Source: a bacterium (lineage in GTDB: Bacteria; Zhuqueibacterota; Zhuqueibacteria; Residuimicrobiales; Krinioviventaceae). From it: 64,000 nucleotides of DNA. The notes under the pieces are model-generated. The model saw only the letters and a list, made by a program, of their open reading frames with translations. It was not told where the DNA came from and made no database searches. This document shows, piece by piece, positions 53,227 through 61,987 of this stretch. The stretch covers positions 4,544,001 to 4,608,000 of the forward strand of contig OY843751.1 in the NCBI GenBank assembly GCA_963693055.1, written 5' to 3'. Numbering within the stretch: position 1 is the stretch's first letter; every line of letters begins with the position of its first letter. Both the position numbers and the translations under genes were made by a program.

Positions 53227-54477
53227 CTATTTAAGAACCAACACATCAATATCCCCAAACGTCTCATATGATGAAGTAATGACATTTTCGCCCGGCTCCA
53301 GACCTTCAAGCACTTCATAATCACGGGTGTTTTGGCGGCCAATCCGGATGTCACGCTTGCGTGCGGTGCTGCCGTCATCATCAACCACATACACCCATTG
53401 CCCGCCGGTAGAACTGTAAAATCCGCCTGTAGCCAGCAAGAGTGCTTCCGAAAGATCGCCCAGTGCCAATCGGATATGTACCGTCTGACCACGACGAATG
53501 CCTTCCGGTTCAGCTCCTACAAATTCCATATCCACTTCAAAACGCCCTTCAAGCACTTCGGGATATATTTTTTTGATTACAAGCTTGTGGTCCTTTCCCG
53601 CAAAAGTAAACTCGCCGGTCTGTCCGGGTGAAATACGTGCAATATAATGCTCATCTACCTGCACCCGGATCTTGAATCCATCCAGTACATCAATCTGCCC
53701 CAGTCGCTCCCCACGGGTCTTGGATTCCCCAATCTCGGCATTCAGGGATGTTAAATTTCCGGTAATGGGTGCGCGTAGTGTCAGATTTTCCATATTCTGC
53801 TTTACCAGATCAAGGTTATCTTCCATGCGATTTAACGATGCTTCCAGTTGCAGTACCTGCGACTCACGATACAACGAATCCTGCTTGTGCGAGGCCAGGG
53901 TAAGTTCGCGTTTTTTGGCAAGATACTCGTAATTGTCCCGCGCTTCCTCAAACTCTTTATCAGATATCAACTTTTTATCCAACAGTTCCTGTGCACGATC
54001 AAAAGCGCGCTTTTGCATTTTTAAACTGTAATCCAGTTCCAGCAGTTGGGCCTGCAGACTGAGACGTTTCTCTTCCATGCTCAAACGGGTATTACGCAGA
54101 TTATTGCTCTGTGCAAAAAGCTCCGCTTCACGATACATAATATCCATGATCAGATCCGTATTGGTAAGCTGCAATATGCTGTCGCCTTTTTGTACAAAGG
54201 TACCCGCTTCCAGAAACTTTGTCTCCACACGACCGCCTTCAATAGCATCCAGATATATGGTAGTAATTGGAATCACCGTGCCCGTCACCGGAATAAATTC
54301 CTGAAACTTGTCTTGTCTTACGGTGGATATGGTAATACGCTCGGCCTGAACATTCAGCCGCGAACTGTGATCGCTGAACAGCAATTGGTACAAAACAAAT
54401 ATAATAAATACTCCGCCCGCAGCAGTCATTGCAATTTTCTTTGGCGGCCACTTTTTCTTTTGAATTACTCGATCCAT
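53227..54477 (-). CDS. Periplasmic adaptor / membrane fusion protein (HlyD/MacA family)
   Basis: Single N-terminal TM helix, lipoyl-like IEGGRVE..VQKGD, coiled-coil hairpin, LRAPITG, GLEPGENVI. Confidence 0.92.
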   Translation of the reverse strand: MDRVIQKKKWPPKKIAMTAAGGVFIIFVLYQLLFSDHSSRLNVQAERITISTVRQDKFQEFIPVTGTVIPITTIYLDAIEGGRVETKFLEAGTFVQKGDSILQLTNTDLIMDIMYREAELFAQSNNLRNTRLSMEEKRLSLQAQLLELDYSLKMQKRAFDRAQELLDKKLISDKEFEEARDNYEYLAKKRELTLASHKQDSLYRESQVLQLEASLNRMEDNLDLVKQNMENLTLRAPITGNLTSLNAEIGESKTRGERLGQIDVLDGFKIRVQVDEHYIARISPGQTGEFTFAGKDHKLVIKKIYPEVLEGRFEVDMEFVGAEPEGIRRGQTVHIRLALGDLSEALLLATGGFYSSTGGQWVYVVDDDGSTARKRDIRIGRQNTRDYEVLEGLEPGENVITSSYETFGDIDVLVLK

Positions 54478-54515
54478 TTTCTTTCCCGATATTGGTATTA
54501 TTTTTGAACGTATAA

Positions 54516-54531
54516 AGCATAAAGTGTGCCA
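54516..54531 (-). promoter_or_regulatory. Sigma54 promoter of the adaptor-ABC permease operon
   Basis: Minus strand TGGCAC-ACTTT-ATGCT, ~40 bp upstream of the adaptor ATG. Confidence 0.75.
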
Positions 54532-54585
54532 ATACTGTTTTTATTGAACTTAGATGCGCTTTCAGGCGATCAGATTAGCCGCTTT

Positions 54586-54622
54586 TATCCGATATCAGAC
54601 AAACAGTGTCCGATATCGGACA
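54586..54622. promoter_or_regulatory. Paired palindromic enhancer (UAS) for the NtrC-family activator
   Basis: TATCCGATATCAGACA (54586) and perfect palindrome TGTCCGATATCGGACA (54607), 21 bp apart, TGT-N10-ACA form. Confidence 0.75.
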
Positions 54623-54720
54623 TTAAATCATTTGCAAAGAACAGGATTATTCTTATATTATCCCGTAACCCTTTGCAAATTACCAATCAAACCTAAAAAC
54701 AATATATACAAGGATTTGCA

Positions 54721-56091
54721 ATGGACCCTCTGGGTAAAATACTGGTTGTGGATGACAATAAAGACATTCTAACAGCCGCAAAACTGCTGCTCAAGCAAAA
54801 CAGCGCGCTCGTTCATATCGAAGACGATCCCGAGCGCATTCCCCAACTGCTCAAAAACGAACACTATGACATTATTCTGCTGGATATGAACTTTACCCGC
54901 GATATGACCAGCGGTTCGGAAGGATTCTATTGGCTGGAAGAGATCCACAAAATCGATCCCTCGGTTATCGTTATTCTCATGACCGCCTATGGAGATGTGG
55001 ATCTTGCCGTGCGCGCCATGAAAGCCGGCGCAACGGATTTTATTATGAAACCCTGGCAGAACGAAAAATTGCAGGCAACTCTCTCCGTAGCTATGAACCT
55101 GAGAAATTCCCGTCTGGAAATCGACAAACTCCGCTCCCGCCAGCAGCAAATGAGCGACGACATGGACCAGCGCTTCCATGAGATGATTGGCTCGTGTCCC
55201 CCCATTCAGCGTGTGTTCGACGCCATCGCCAAAGTGGCCGCAACTGATGCCAATGTGCTCATTATGGGTGAAAACGGCACAGGCAAAGAACTGGTGGCCC
55301 GCGCCCTGCACCGGCAATCCCTGCGCAATGACGATGTCTTTATCAGTGTGGATATGGGCGCCATTCCCGAAACCCTGTTCGAAAGCCAGCTGTTCGGCCA
55401 TGTCAAAGGCGCCTTTACCGATGCCCGACAGGATAAACCCGGACGTTTTGAAATTGCCTCGGGCGGCACCCTGTTCCTGGACGAGATTGGTAACCTGCCC
55501 CTCTCTATGCAAGCCAAACTACTGCGCGTGCTCGAAGAGCGCAAGATCTTGCGCGTGGGCTCCAACAAGTCCCGCGATATTGACATTCGCCTCATCTGCG
55601 CAACCAACATGCCACTTTATGAAATGACCGAGGAAAAGAGTTTCCGGCAGGACTTTCTCTACCGTATCAACACCGTAGAGATCCATCTGCCGCCCCTGCG
55701 TGACCGCCAGGAAGACATTCCCCAGTTGGTGGACCATTTTCTGCAATACTATGCGAAAAAATATAAAAAATCCATAAAACGTATCAGCACCGGCGCCATG
55801 ACCAAACTGCAAACTTATCACTGGCCCGGTAATATCCGTGAACTGCGCCACGCCCTTGAACGCGCGGTGATCATGAGCGACAGCCCCGCACTGCAGCCTG
55901 GCGATTTCATGATGCAGGAAGCCAAAGCTGGTGACGGATTCAGTCTGGATACCTACAATCTGGACGATATTGAAAAATCCGTTATTCGCAAAGTGCTTGA
56001 CCTCAGCGGAGACAATATCAGCCAGGCCGCATCCAAACTGGGCATTACCCGCTCATCACTCTATCGCAGGATGGAAAAGCATGGTCTTTAG
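54721..56091 (+). CDS. Sigma54-dependent response regulator (NtrC family)
   Basis: Receiver domain plus AAA+ (GENGTGKE, LFGHVKGAFTDA, LFLDEIG, WPGNIREL) and Fis-type HTH. Confidence 0.96.
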   Translation: MDPLGKILVVDDNKDILTAAKLLLKQNSALVHIEDDPERIPQLLKNEHYDIILLDMNFTRDMTSGSEGFYWLEEIHKIDPSVIVILMTAYGDVDLAVRAMKAGATDFIMKPWQNEKLQATLSVAMNLRNSRLEIDKLRSRQQQMSDDMDQRFHEMIGSCPPIQRVFDAIAKVAATDANVLIMGENGTGKELVARALHRQSLRNDDVFISVDMGAIPETLFESQLFGHVKGAFTDARQDKPGRFEIASGGTLFLDEIGNLPLSMQAKLLRVLEERKILRVGSNKSRDIDIRLICATNMPLYEMTEEKSFRQDFLYRINTVEIHLPPLRDRQEDIPQLVDHFLQYYAKKYKKSIKRISTGAMTKLQTYHWPGNIRELRHALERAVIMSDSPALQPGDFMMQEAKAGDGFSLDTYNLDDIEKSVIRKVLDLSGDNISQAASKLGITRSSLYRRMEKHGL

Positions 56092-57427
56092 GCGGTTTCG
56101 CATACTGGTGGTTTTACGGATTCTCTTTCTCACCCTCACCCTGCTTGCGCTGGTATGGACATTGCAGAATACCAACGTCATCGGAATTCCTGTCATCTTT
56201 TTACTGATTGCTATTTGGCAGGTCATAAGCCTGGTCCGGTTTGTGGATTATACCAACACCGAACTGGCCCGGTTCTTTGAGGCCATTCGTTATTCCGACT
56301 TTACCCGCAACATGACGCCGCGATTAAAAGGCGCGGGATTCCGCGAGCTCAACACCGCCCTGAACGGCGTGGTTGCACAGATCAAACAGAACCGCGAGGA
56401 AAAAGAAGAACAGTACCGCTATTTACAGACCATTGTACAGCACATCGGCATTGGCCTGATCGTGTTTGATGATACCGGTAAAGTAGACCTGGTTAACAAT
56501 GCTGCCCGGCGTATCCTCAACATGTCCAACATTCGCAGTATTGAAAAACTGAAATCCTTTGACACAGGACTCGCAGACCGTATCACCTCCCTCTCGCACG
56601 GAGAGCGGGCCATTTTAAAAATAAGGGTTAACGACGAGCTCCAGCAGATGATGATATTCGTAACCGATTTTGTCATGCGCCACCGCAATTTTCGTCTCAT
56701 CTCGTTCCAAAACATTCAGAGCGAACTGGAAGAAAAAGAGCTGGAAGCCTGGCAGAGCCTGATCCGTGTGCTCACGCACGAAATTATGAATTCCATCACC
56801 CCCATCTCGTCCCTGGCCTCTACCGCCAACTCGCTGCTCAATAACCGCGCGGAAAAAGAACCGGCAGAAACCGACGAAACCCTAACGGACGTGGGCCATG
56901 CCGTGCAGACCATTGAGAACCGCAGCAAAGGACTGTTAAACTTTGTGGAAAATTATCGCAAACTCACAAAGATCCCCAAACCCAACTATAAAATCCTGCC
57001 TATCAGTGGACTGTTCAACACCGCGCAATTGCTGTTCAAAGCCGAGATGGAATCCCGCAACATCACCTGCGAGGTAAACATTGATCCCGACCAGTTGGAA
57101 ATCACCGCTGATCCTGATCTGATCGAGCAGGTGCTCATCAACCTGGTCAAAAACGCCATCGAGGCGGTCAACAGCAGTCCCAATGGTCAACTGCGTCTCT
57201 CGGCCTATCTGGACCGCTACGGCAAGCCCTGCCTCGAGATTGCTGATAACGGCCCCGGCATTAACAAAGACGTCATTGACAATATATTCATCCCCTTTTT
57301 CACCACCAAAGCCAGTGGCTCAGGCATAGGACTCAGCCTCTCCCGCCAGATCATGCGCGTGCACGGCGGCAGCATCACCGCCCGCTCGGGAAATAGGGAA
57401 ACCGTGTTTACCTTGCGGTTTAAATAG
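56081..57427 (+). CDS. Sensor histidine kinase (NtrY-like, PAS-containing)
   Basis: Start MVFRRF at 56081 overlapping the regulator's end; two TM helices, LTHEIMNSITP H-box, NLVKNA, DNGPGI, FFTTK, GSGIGL. Confidence 0.92.
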   Translation: MVFRRFRILVVLRILFLTLTLLALVWTLQNTNVIGIPVIFLLIAIWQVISLVRFVDYTNTELARFFEAIRYSDFTRNMTPRLKGAGFRELNTALNGVVAQIKQNREEKEEQYRYLQTIVQHIGIGLIVFDDTGKVDLVNNAARRILNMSNIRSIEKLKSFDTGLADRITSLSHGERAILKIRVNDELQQMMIFVTDFVMRHRNFRLISFQNIQSELEEKELEAWQSLIRVLTHEIMNSITPISSLASTANSLLNNRAEKEPAETDETLTDVGHAVQTIENRSKGLLNFVENYRKLTKIPKPNYKILPISGLFNTAQLLFKAEMESRNITCEVNIDPDQLEITADPDLIEQVLINLVKNAIEAVNSSPNGQLRLSAYLDRYGKPCLEIADNGPGINKDVIDNIFIPFFTTKASGSGIGLSLSRQIMRVHGGSITARSGNRETVFTLRFK

Positions 57428-57558
57428 TTTTTTCTTGCTTGTTTCTTCTGAATTGATTTTATTTAATCATACCATTTTACAATTCGATATGGGGAGTTGC
57501 TTGGGTGGAATTTTTAATAATTTTATTAATTATTTAAATCTTAAAAAGGGGATTGAAA

Positions 57559-58161
57559 ATGAGTACTCCGAAATCTTCGCTTCAAATAATTATTTTTATA
57601 CTAGTTGCATCAACTAATTTATTTTCACAAAAAACTCAAGATTTAATTAAAATCGAATCTCAACTTGATAGCCTAAACACAATAAAAAATAAAATCGAAA
57701 CTTTACTTAATTCAATTAATACTAAAATTGATGATCTTGAAAAAGAAAAGTTAAAAATACAAATTGATTCTGATACGACTAAAGGTTTTTCAATAATGTT
57801 AGTAGATAATGGTTTTCTGAAAAAAGATCCATCTATTGTTTCAGATATTTACATGAAATTACCTAAAGGGACTGAAGTGCTTGTCGTAGGTTATACTAAA
57901 AATTATTTCAAAACAAAAATAGGGAACAAAGTTGGATTTGTACATGAAATGTTCTTCCCGTTTAATGAAAATCTTAATCGAATATCAAATTATAAAGCCA
58001 AATTCCACAAGGCATCAATATCAAACACGACATACTCTGGATCAAATAATTCATCAAAAACAACAAATTCAACTTCCAAAAATAGAATCATTCATACTGG
58101 GCCTCGTGGAGGTCGATATTATATTAACTCAAAAGGTAAAAAAGTCTATATCAAAAAATAA
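57559..58161 (+). CDS. Secreted hypothetical protein: coiled coil, SH3-like segment, C-terminal basic GPRGGRYY motif
   Basis: Signal peptide; LPKGTEVLVVG..YFKTKIGNKVGFV; Ser/Thr-rich linker; HTGPRGGRYYINSKGKKVYIKK. Confidence 0.75.
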   Translation: MSTPKSSLQIIIFILVASTNLFSQKTQDLIKIESQLDSLNTIKNKIETLLNSINTKIDDLEKEKLKIQIDSDTTKGFSIMLVDNGFLKKDPSIVSDIYMKLPKGTEVLVVGYTKNYFKTKIGNKVGFVHEMFFPFNENLNRISNYKAKFHKASISNTTYSGSNNSSKTTNSTSKNRIIHTGPRGGRYYINSKGKKVYIKK

Positions 58162-58201
58162 CTATATCACCAATCTGTATCCTAAAATTGAAACATAAAG
58201 T

Positions 58202-58528
58202 TTTTATCGGAATCAAGATTTTTTAGGATGAATAAAAACCCAAAATAAAGTAGCCAGTAGCCCGGGCATCTTGCCCTGGGCCTTTTGTCTGAATCAGGAA
58301 TCAACTATTCCCTTTGTGTGCTTCGTGGTTAATTGATTACCACCAAAGTACGCGCTTCACAAATGGGGGCTTTTGTCTGAATTAGAATTAAGATGTACAA
58401 GATGACAGGATTCAAAAAACGAACTGACCCAAATCAAGGTAATCATTCAATCCTGTGAATCATGGTTTATCAAGGTAATCCCTAAATCCTGTTAATCTGG
58501 GTATGAATCTGGGTCTAAATCCGGGTTA
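58202..58528. repeat. Mosaic of short palindromic and ~9-bp-period repeats, including a GTAG-type REP-like palindrome
   Basis: Three TTTTRTCKGAATYARRAWT starts (58202, 58283, 58371); complementary aatcctgtgaatcatggt / aatcctgttaatctgggt tracts (58441-58528); GTAGCCCGGGCATCTTGCCCTGGG at 58257. Confidence 0.55.
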
Positions 58529-58681
58529 ATTATTTTGATTAGGGTCAAAATTTCGATTGCATATTTCCATATTAATCATTTAATTAGTACTCGCTGTAAT
58601 GGGGCGGGCCAAAAGAGAAACCTTTCTATTTTTTAACCAACAATTTCAAAATCCAAAAACTAAAGTATTGGGGAAAAAACC

Positions 58682-61600
58682 GTGAATACAATTAAAAACG
58701 TATGCCTGTACATCTTTACATTTATTTCAATAGCACTATCTCAAGACCTTCAAATTCAATGGGCAAAAACATATGATTATGGATATAGTTATAGAAATAT
58801 TATTGATTTTGCACATGATGATGGTTTTGTTTTCTCAGCTAGTTATAATAAAATTGTAAAGATTGACAAACAAGGTATTATTCAAGAGGATTGGCCGCAG
58901 GATCCAATTCCAAATGACCAAGACACAAGATATATTCAAAAGTGTAATGAAGGTTATATAATAGCAGGGAGTGACTACCAAGACGAATATGAAGACAGGA
59001 TCATGCTTAAGAAACTTGACAACCAGGGTCGGCAAGTATGGGTAAAGTTTCATTACAATTCTGGTCATGAAAATCATGGTAGATTTGTCAAACAAACATA
59101 TGACAATGGCTTCATTCTTTTTTACACTTCATTTAGTTATGCTGACCCACCGGCAAGCGGCCCACCGGACTATTGGATAATGAAAACGGATCCAAATGGG
59201 GAAAAAGAATGGGATTATGAAATTACATGTGGTGAGGACCAATATATTGAAGCAATACACCAAACATCAGACGGTGGTTTTATTGTAGCCTATAACAATG
59301 GTAATGGATATCTGCTCCGGTTAACTGCAGATGGGCAAAAAATCTGGCAAAAAAAATATAAAAATATATCTTATGCTTTACCGACAAAAGATGGTGGATA
59401 CATTATTTGTGGTAACAATTATTCAAACGATTATCCTTTACGTGATGCAGCATATTTAAAAAAATTAGATGAAAATGGAGATGAAATTTGGGAAAAAATC
59501 TTTAAAGGTGATACGAAATATGCCTTTTTAAAAAATATTAGTAAACCGGACAACAATAGCTATTTATTATGTGGTCAAATGCGATATTCTGATTGGAATT
59601 CATCCATTTCGTGGTTAATCAAAACGGATAGTTTAGGAAATAAAATATGGGAAAAAACATTAACAGAAATTGATGTCGTAAAACAAACTTTAAAAATCTC
59701 CAACAATGAATTTCTTTTATTCGGTGACAAGGATTATTACACTACAATAATAAAAATAAATGAAAACAACCAGCAAGATCCCTCAAGCTTTGCATTGCTA
59801 GACCCTGTATTTTATAAATTGGGGGTTGGCACCCAACCGTGTCTGGATTGGACCAGCATTGCCAATGCTACATCATACCTCATTGAAATATCTGAAAACA
59901 TTGACATGTCAGCCCCTGTCATCTCAAAAACAGTTTCAAATAGTTCAAATTGTATCATCGATAGTTTGTCATATTCTACACAATATTATTGGAGGGTCAA
60001 AGCCCAATTCCCGGATGGATCTGATCAATGGTCTGGTATCAGCACATTTACAACAATGCCTCCGCCACACATAGAGTTTATTGATAAAGAATACAATATG
60101 TCTTATGTGGATGTTGGCGATCAATATTACACAGACAGAGAATATACCATAAAAGAACTGCCGGAGCCATTGAAAAATTGTCTGTGGATCAAAACCCAAA
60201 ACAGCGATAAATATGTAACCGACGATGATTACATTCAATTTCAGCTAAAAAGAGATGCAACCATCTATATCGCCTATGACAATCGTGCAAGCGCTGTCCC
60301 CCATTGGTTGTCATCCGGTTTTGAACAAACTGAATATACGATTCAGAGTTCTGATGAAGAATGTACGTTTAATGTCTGGAAGGGCCGGTTCCCGGCAGGT
60401 GATGTAACATTAGGGGCAAATTCGGCAACCGGAGCAGAGGATGTGCAAACAAATTATGTTGTATTCATAGATATACCACTGCAAATGCTTGATCCCAGAG
60501 ACAACAAATCAGGGGTTGGGGAAAATTTATACTTTAGCTGGGAAGAAATTGGCAATTTCGGCAATTATGATTTACAAATAAGCGACAGTCAGGACATGTC
60601 ATCACCCTTGCATAATATTACCAATATTAATGAATCCAGATATTTATTAAAAGGATTGGACTTTAATAAAGGCTATTACTGGAGGGTCAAAGCGCACAAT
60701 CGCAACGATGTGGATGCCTGGTACCAGACACAAAAATTCCATACAATGGCTAAACCTCCGGTTTCAATTTCATTTTGGTCAAATGATTTTGCTTCATTGT
60801 CATGGCTTGAAGAAAACGATCAATACTATATTGACCGGAATGATGTTGTTCTTTCCATCCCTGATCAGTTGAAAAATTTGCTATGGATCAAAACCGCAAA
60901 TAATGATGCAGATAAGGATAATATCCGTAATACGGATATATATTTTGAAAATGATGCAACCCTCTATGTGGGTTTTGATAAAAGGGCCACTTCCCTGCCC
61001 AATTGGGTTACAGAAAATTTTAAAAATACTGGGTTAACCATAACCGTATCTGATTCAGCAAATGAATTAAACATATGGACCAGAAATGTTGATAAAGGCC
61101 ATATCGAATTGGGATCAAATATGGCAGAAGGCGCTGAAAATATTAAAAGTCATTATGTCATTTTAATAGCCCCCAACCAGATACAACCCCTTTCAGCTCA
61201 TTTTGGTTCAGATGTAACATCAGGAGTGCAACCCTTGACCGTTAATTTCTCAGACCATTCTCAAGGATTTATAACATCATGGGTATGGGATTTTGGTGAC
61301 GGCTCAACCTCCACTGAAAAGAATCCCTCTCACACCTATGAAAATGAGGGAATCTATACCGTTAGTCTGACAACAAGTAATCAAGACAGTTCTGATACCA
61401 TAACAAAAGGAAATTACATTACCGTTAAAAACCTGGTTGCAAATTTCAGTGCGGATGTGACTATGGGAAAAGCGCCGCTCACTGTGAGCTTTACCGACAG
61501 CTCGCTGGGCGAAATTGAAGCATGGTTGTGGAAATTTGGAGACGGACTCACAAGCACGTCGCAAAATCCAACGCATGTGTACACATCTGGCGACTCGTTC

Positions 61601-61972
61601 ACGGTAACGCTATTTGTACGAAATTCCAGTGGATCAAATACTATGGTCAAAACGAATTATATTATTGTAGTCCATCCAACATCCATAGACGACATGGCAG
61701 GGATACCTGGAAAATTCGATTTACTTCCCAATTATCCCAATCCGTTCAATCCGCAGACCACAATCCGGTTTGCAGTACCGAAAAAGTCTTTTGTAAAATT
61801 AACTATCTATGATATAAACGGAAAACAGGTTCAGGATTTGTTCTCCGGCACCAAAAATCCGGGGCACTATGCCATCACATGGAACGCATCAGGATTTTCA
61901 TCCGGCATGTATTTCATCAAAATGGATACAGACACTTTTTCGTCTGTTAGAAAATGTATACTGGTTAAATAA
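58682..61972 (+). CDS. Large secreted protein: beta-propeller-like N-terminus, 2x(FN3-like + ~130-aa domain), 2 PKD domains, C-terminal T9SS type A/FlgD-like sorting domain
   Basis: Signal peptide; W-E-K repeats with DGGY/F; YYWRVKA twice; WDFGDG and WKFGDG PKD motifs; NYPNPFNPQTTI...SSGMYFIKM. Confidence 0.85.
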   Translation: MNTIKNVCLYIFTFISIALSQDLQIQWAKTYDYGYSYRNIIDFAHDDGFVFSASYNKIVKIDKQGIIQEDWPQDPIPNDQDTRYIQKCNEGYIIAGSDYQDEYEDRIMLKKLDNQGRQVWVKFHYNSGHENHGRFVKQTYDNGFILFYTSFSYADPPASGPPDYWIMKTDPNGEKEWDYEITCGEDQYIEAIHQTSDGGFIVAYNNGNGYLLRLTADGQKIWQKKYKNISYALPTKDGGYIICGNNYSNDYPLRDAAYLKKLDENGDEIWEKIFKGDTKYAFLKNISKPDNNSYLLCGQMRYSDWNSSISWLIKTDSLGNKIWEKTLTEIDVVKQTLKISNNEFLLFGDKDYYTTIIKINENNQQDPSSFALLDPVFYKLGVGTQPCLDWTSIANATSYLIEISENIDMSAPVISKTVSNSSNCIIDSLSYSTQYYWRVKAQFPDGSDQWSGISTFTTMPPPHIEFIDKEYNMSYVDVGDQYYTDREYTIKELPEPLKNCLWIKTQNSDKYVTDDDYIQFQLKRDATIYIAYDNRASAVPHWLSSGFEQTEYTIQSSDEECTFNVWKGRFPAGDVTLGANSATGAEDVQTNYVVFIDIPLQMLDPRDNKSGVGENLYFSWEEIGNFGNYDLQISDSQDMSSPLHNITNINESRYLLKGLDFNKGYYWRVKAHNRNDVDAWYQTQKFHTMAKPPVSISFWSNDFASLSWLEENDQYYIDRNDVVLSIPDQLKNLLWIKTANNDADKDNIRNTDIYFENDATLYVGFDKRATSLPNWVTENFKNTGLTITVSDSANELNIWTRNVDKGHIELGSNMAEGAENIKSHYVILIAPNQIQPLSAHFGSDVTSGVQPLTVNFSDHSQGFITSWVWDFGDGSTSTEKNPSHTYENEGIYTVSLTTSNQDSSDTITKGNYITVKNLVANFSADVTMGKAPLTVSFTDSSLGEIEAWLWKFGDGLTSTSQNPTHVYTSGDSFTVTLFVRNSSGSNTMVKTNYIIVVHPTSIDDMAGIPGKFDLLPNYPNPFNPQTTIRFAVPKKSFVKLTIYDINGKQVQDLFSGTKNPGHYAITWNASGFSSGMYFIKMDTDTFSSVRKCILVK

Positions 61973-61987
61973 TATTAGGGAAAAATC

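Noticed and set aside
23694-54477. Classical integron
   Set aside because: No intI or other tyrosine recombinase in the window, and the hairpins lack a consistent RYYYAAC...GTTRRRY attC pattern; only an analogy is claimed.
54769-57190. Long antisense ORFs over the two-component genes (and similar ones over the permeases)
   Set aside because: Shadow ORFs of well-supported genes, favoured by higher GC; no motifs of their own.
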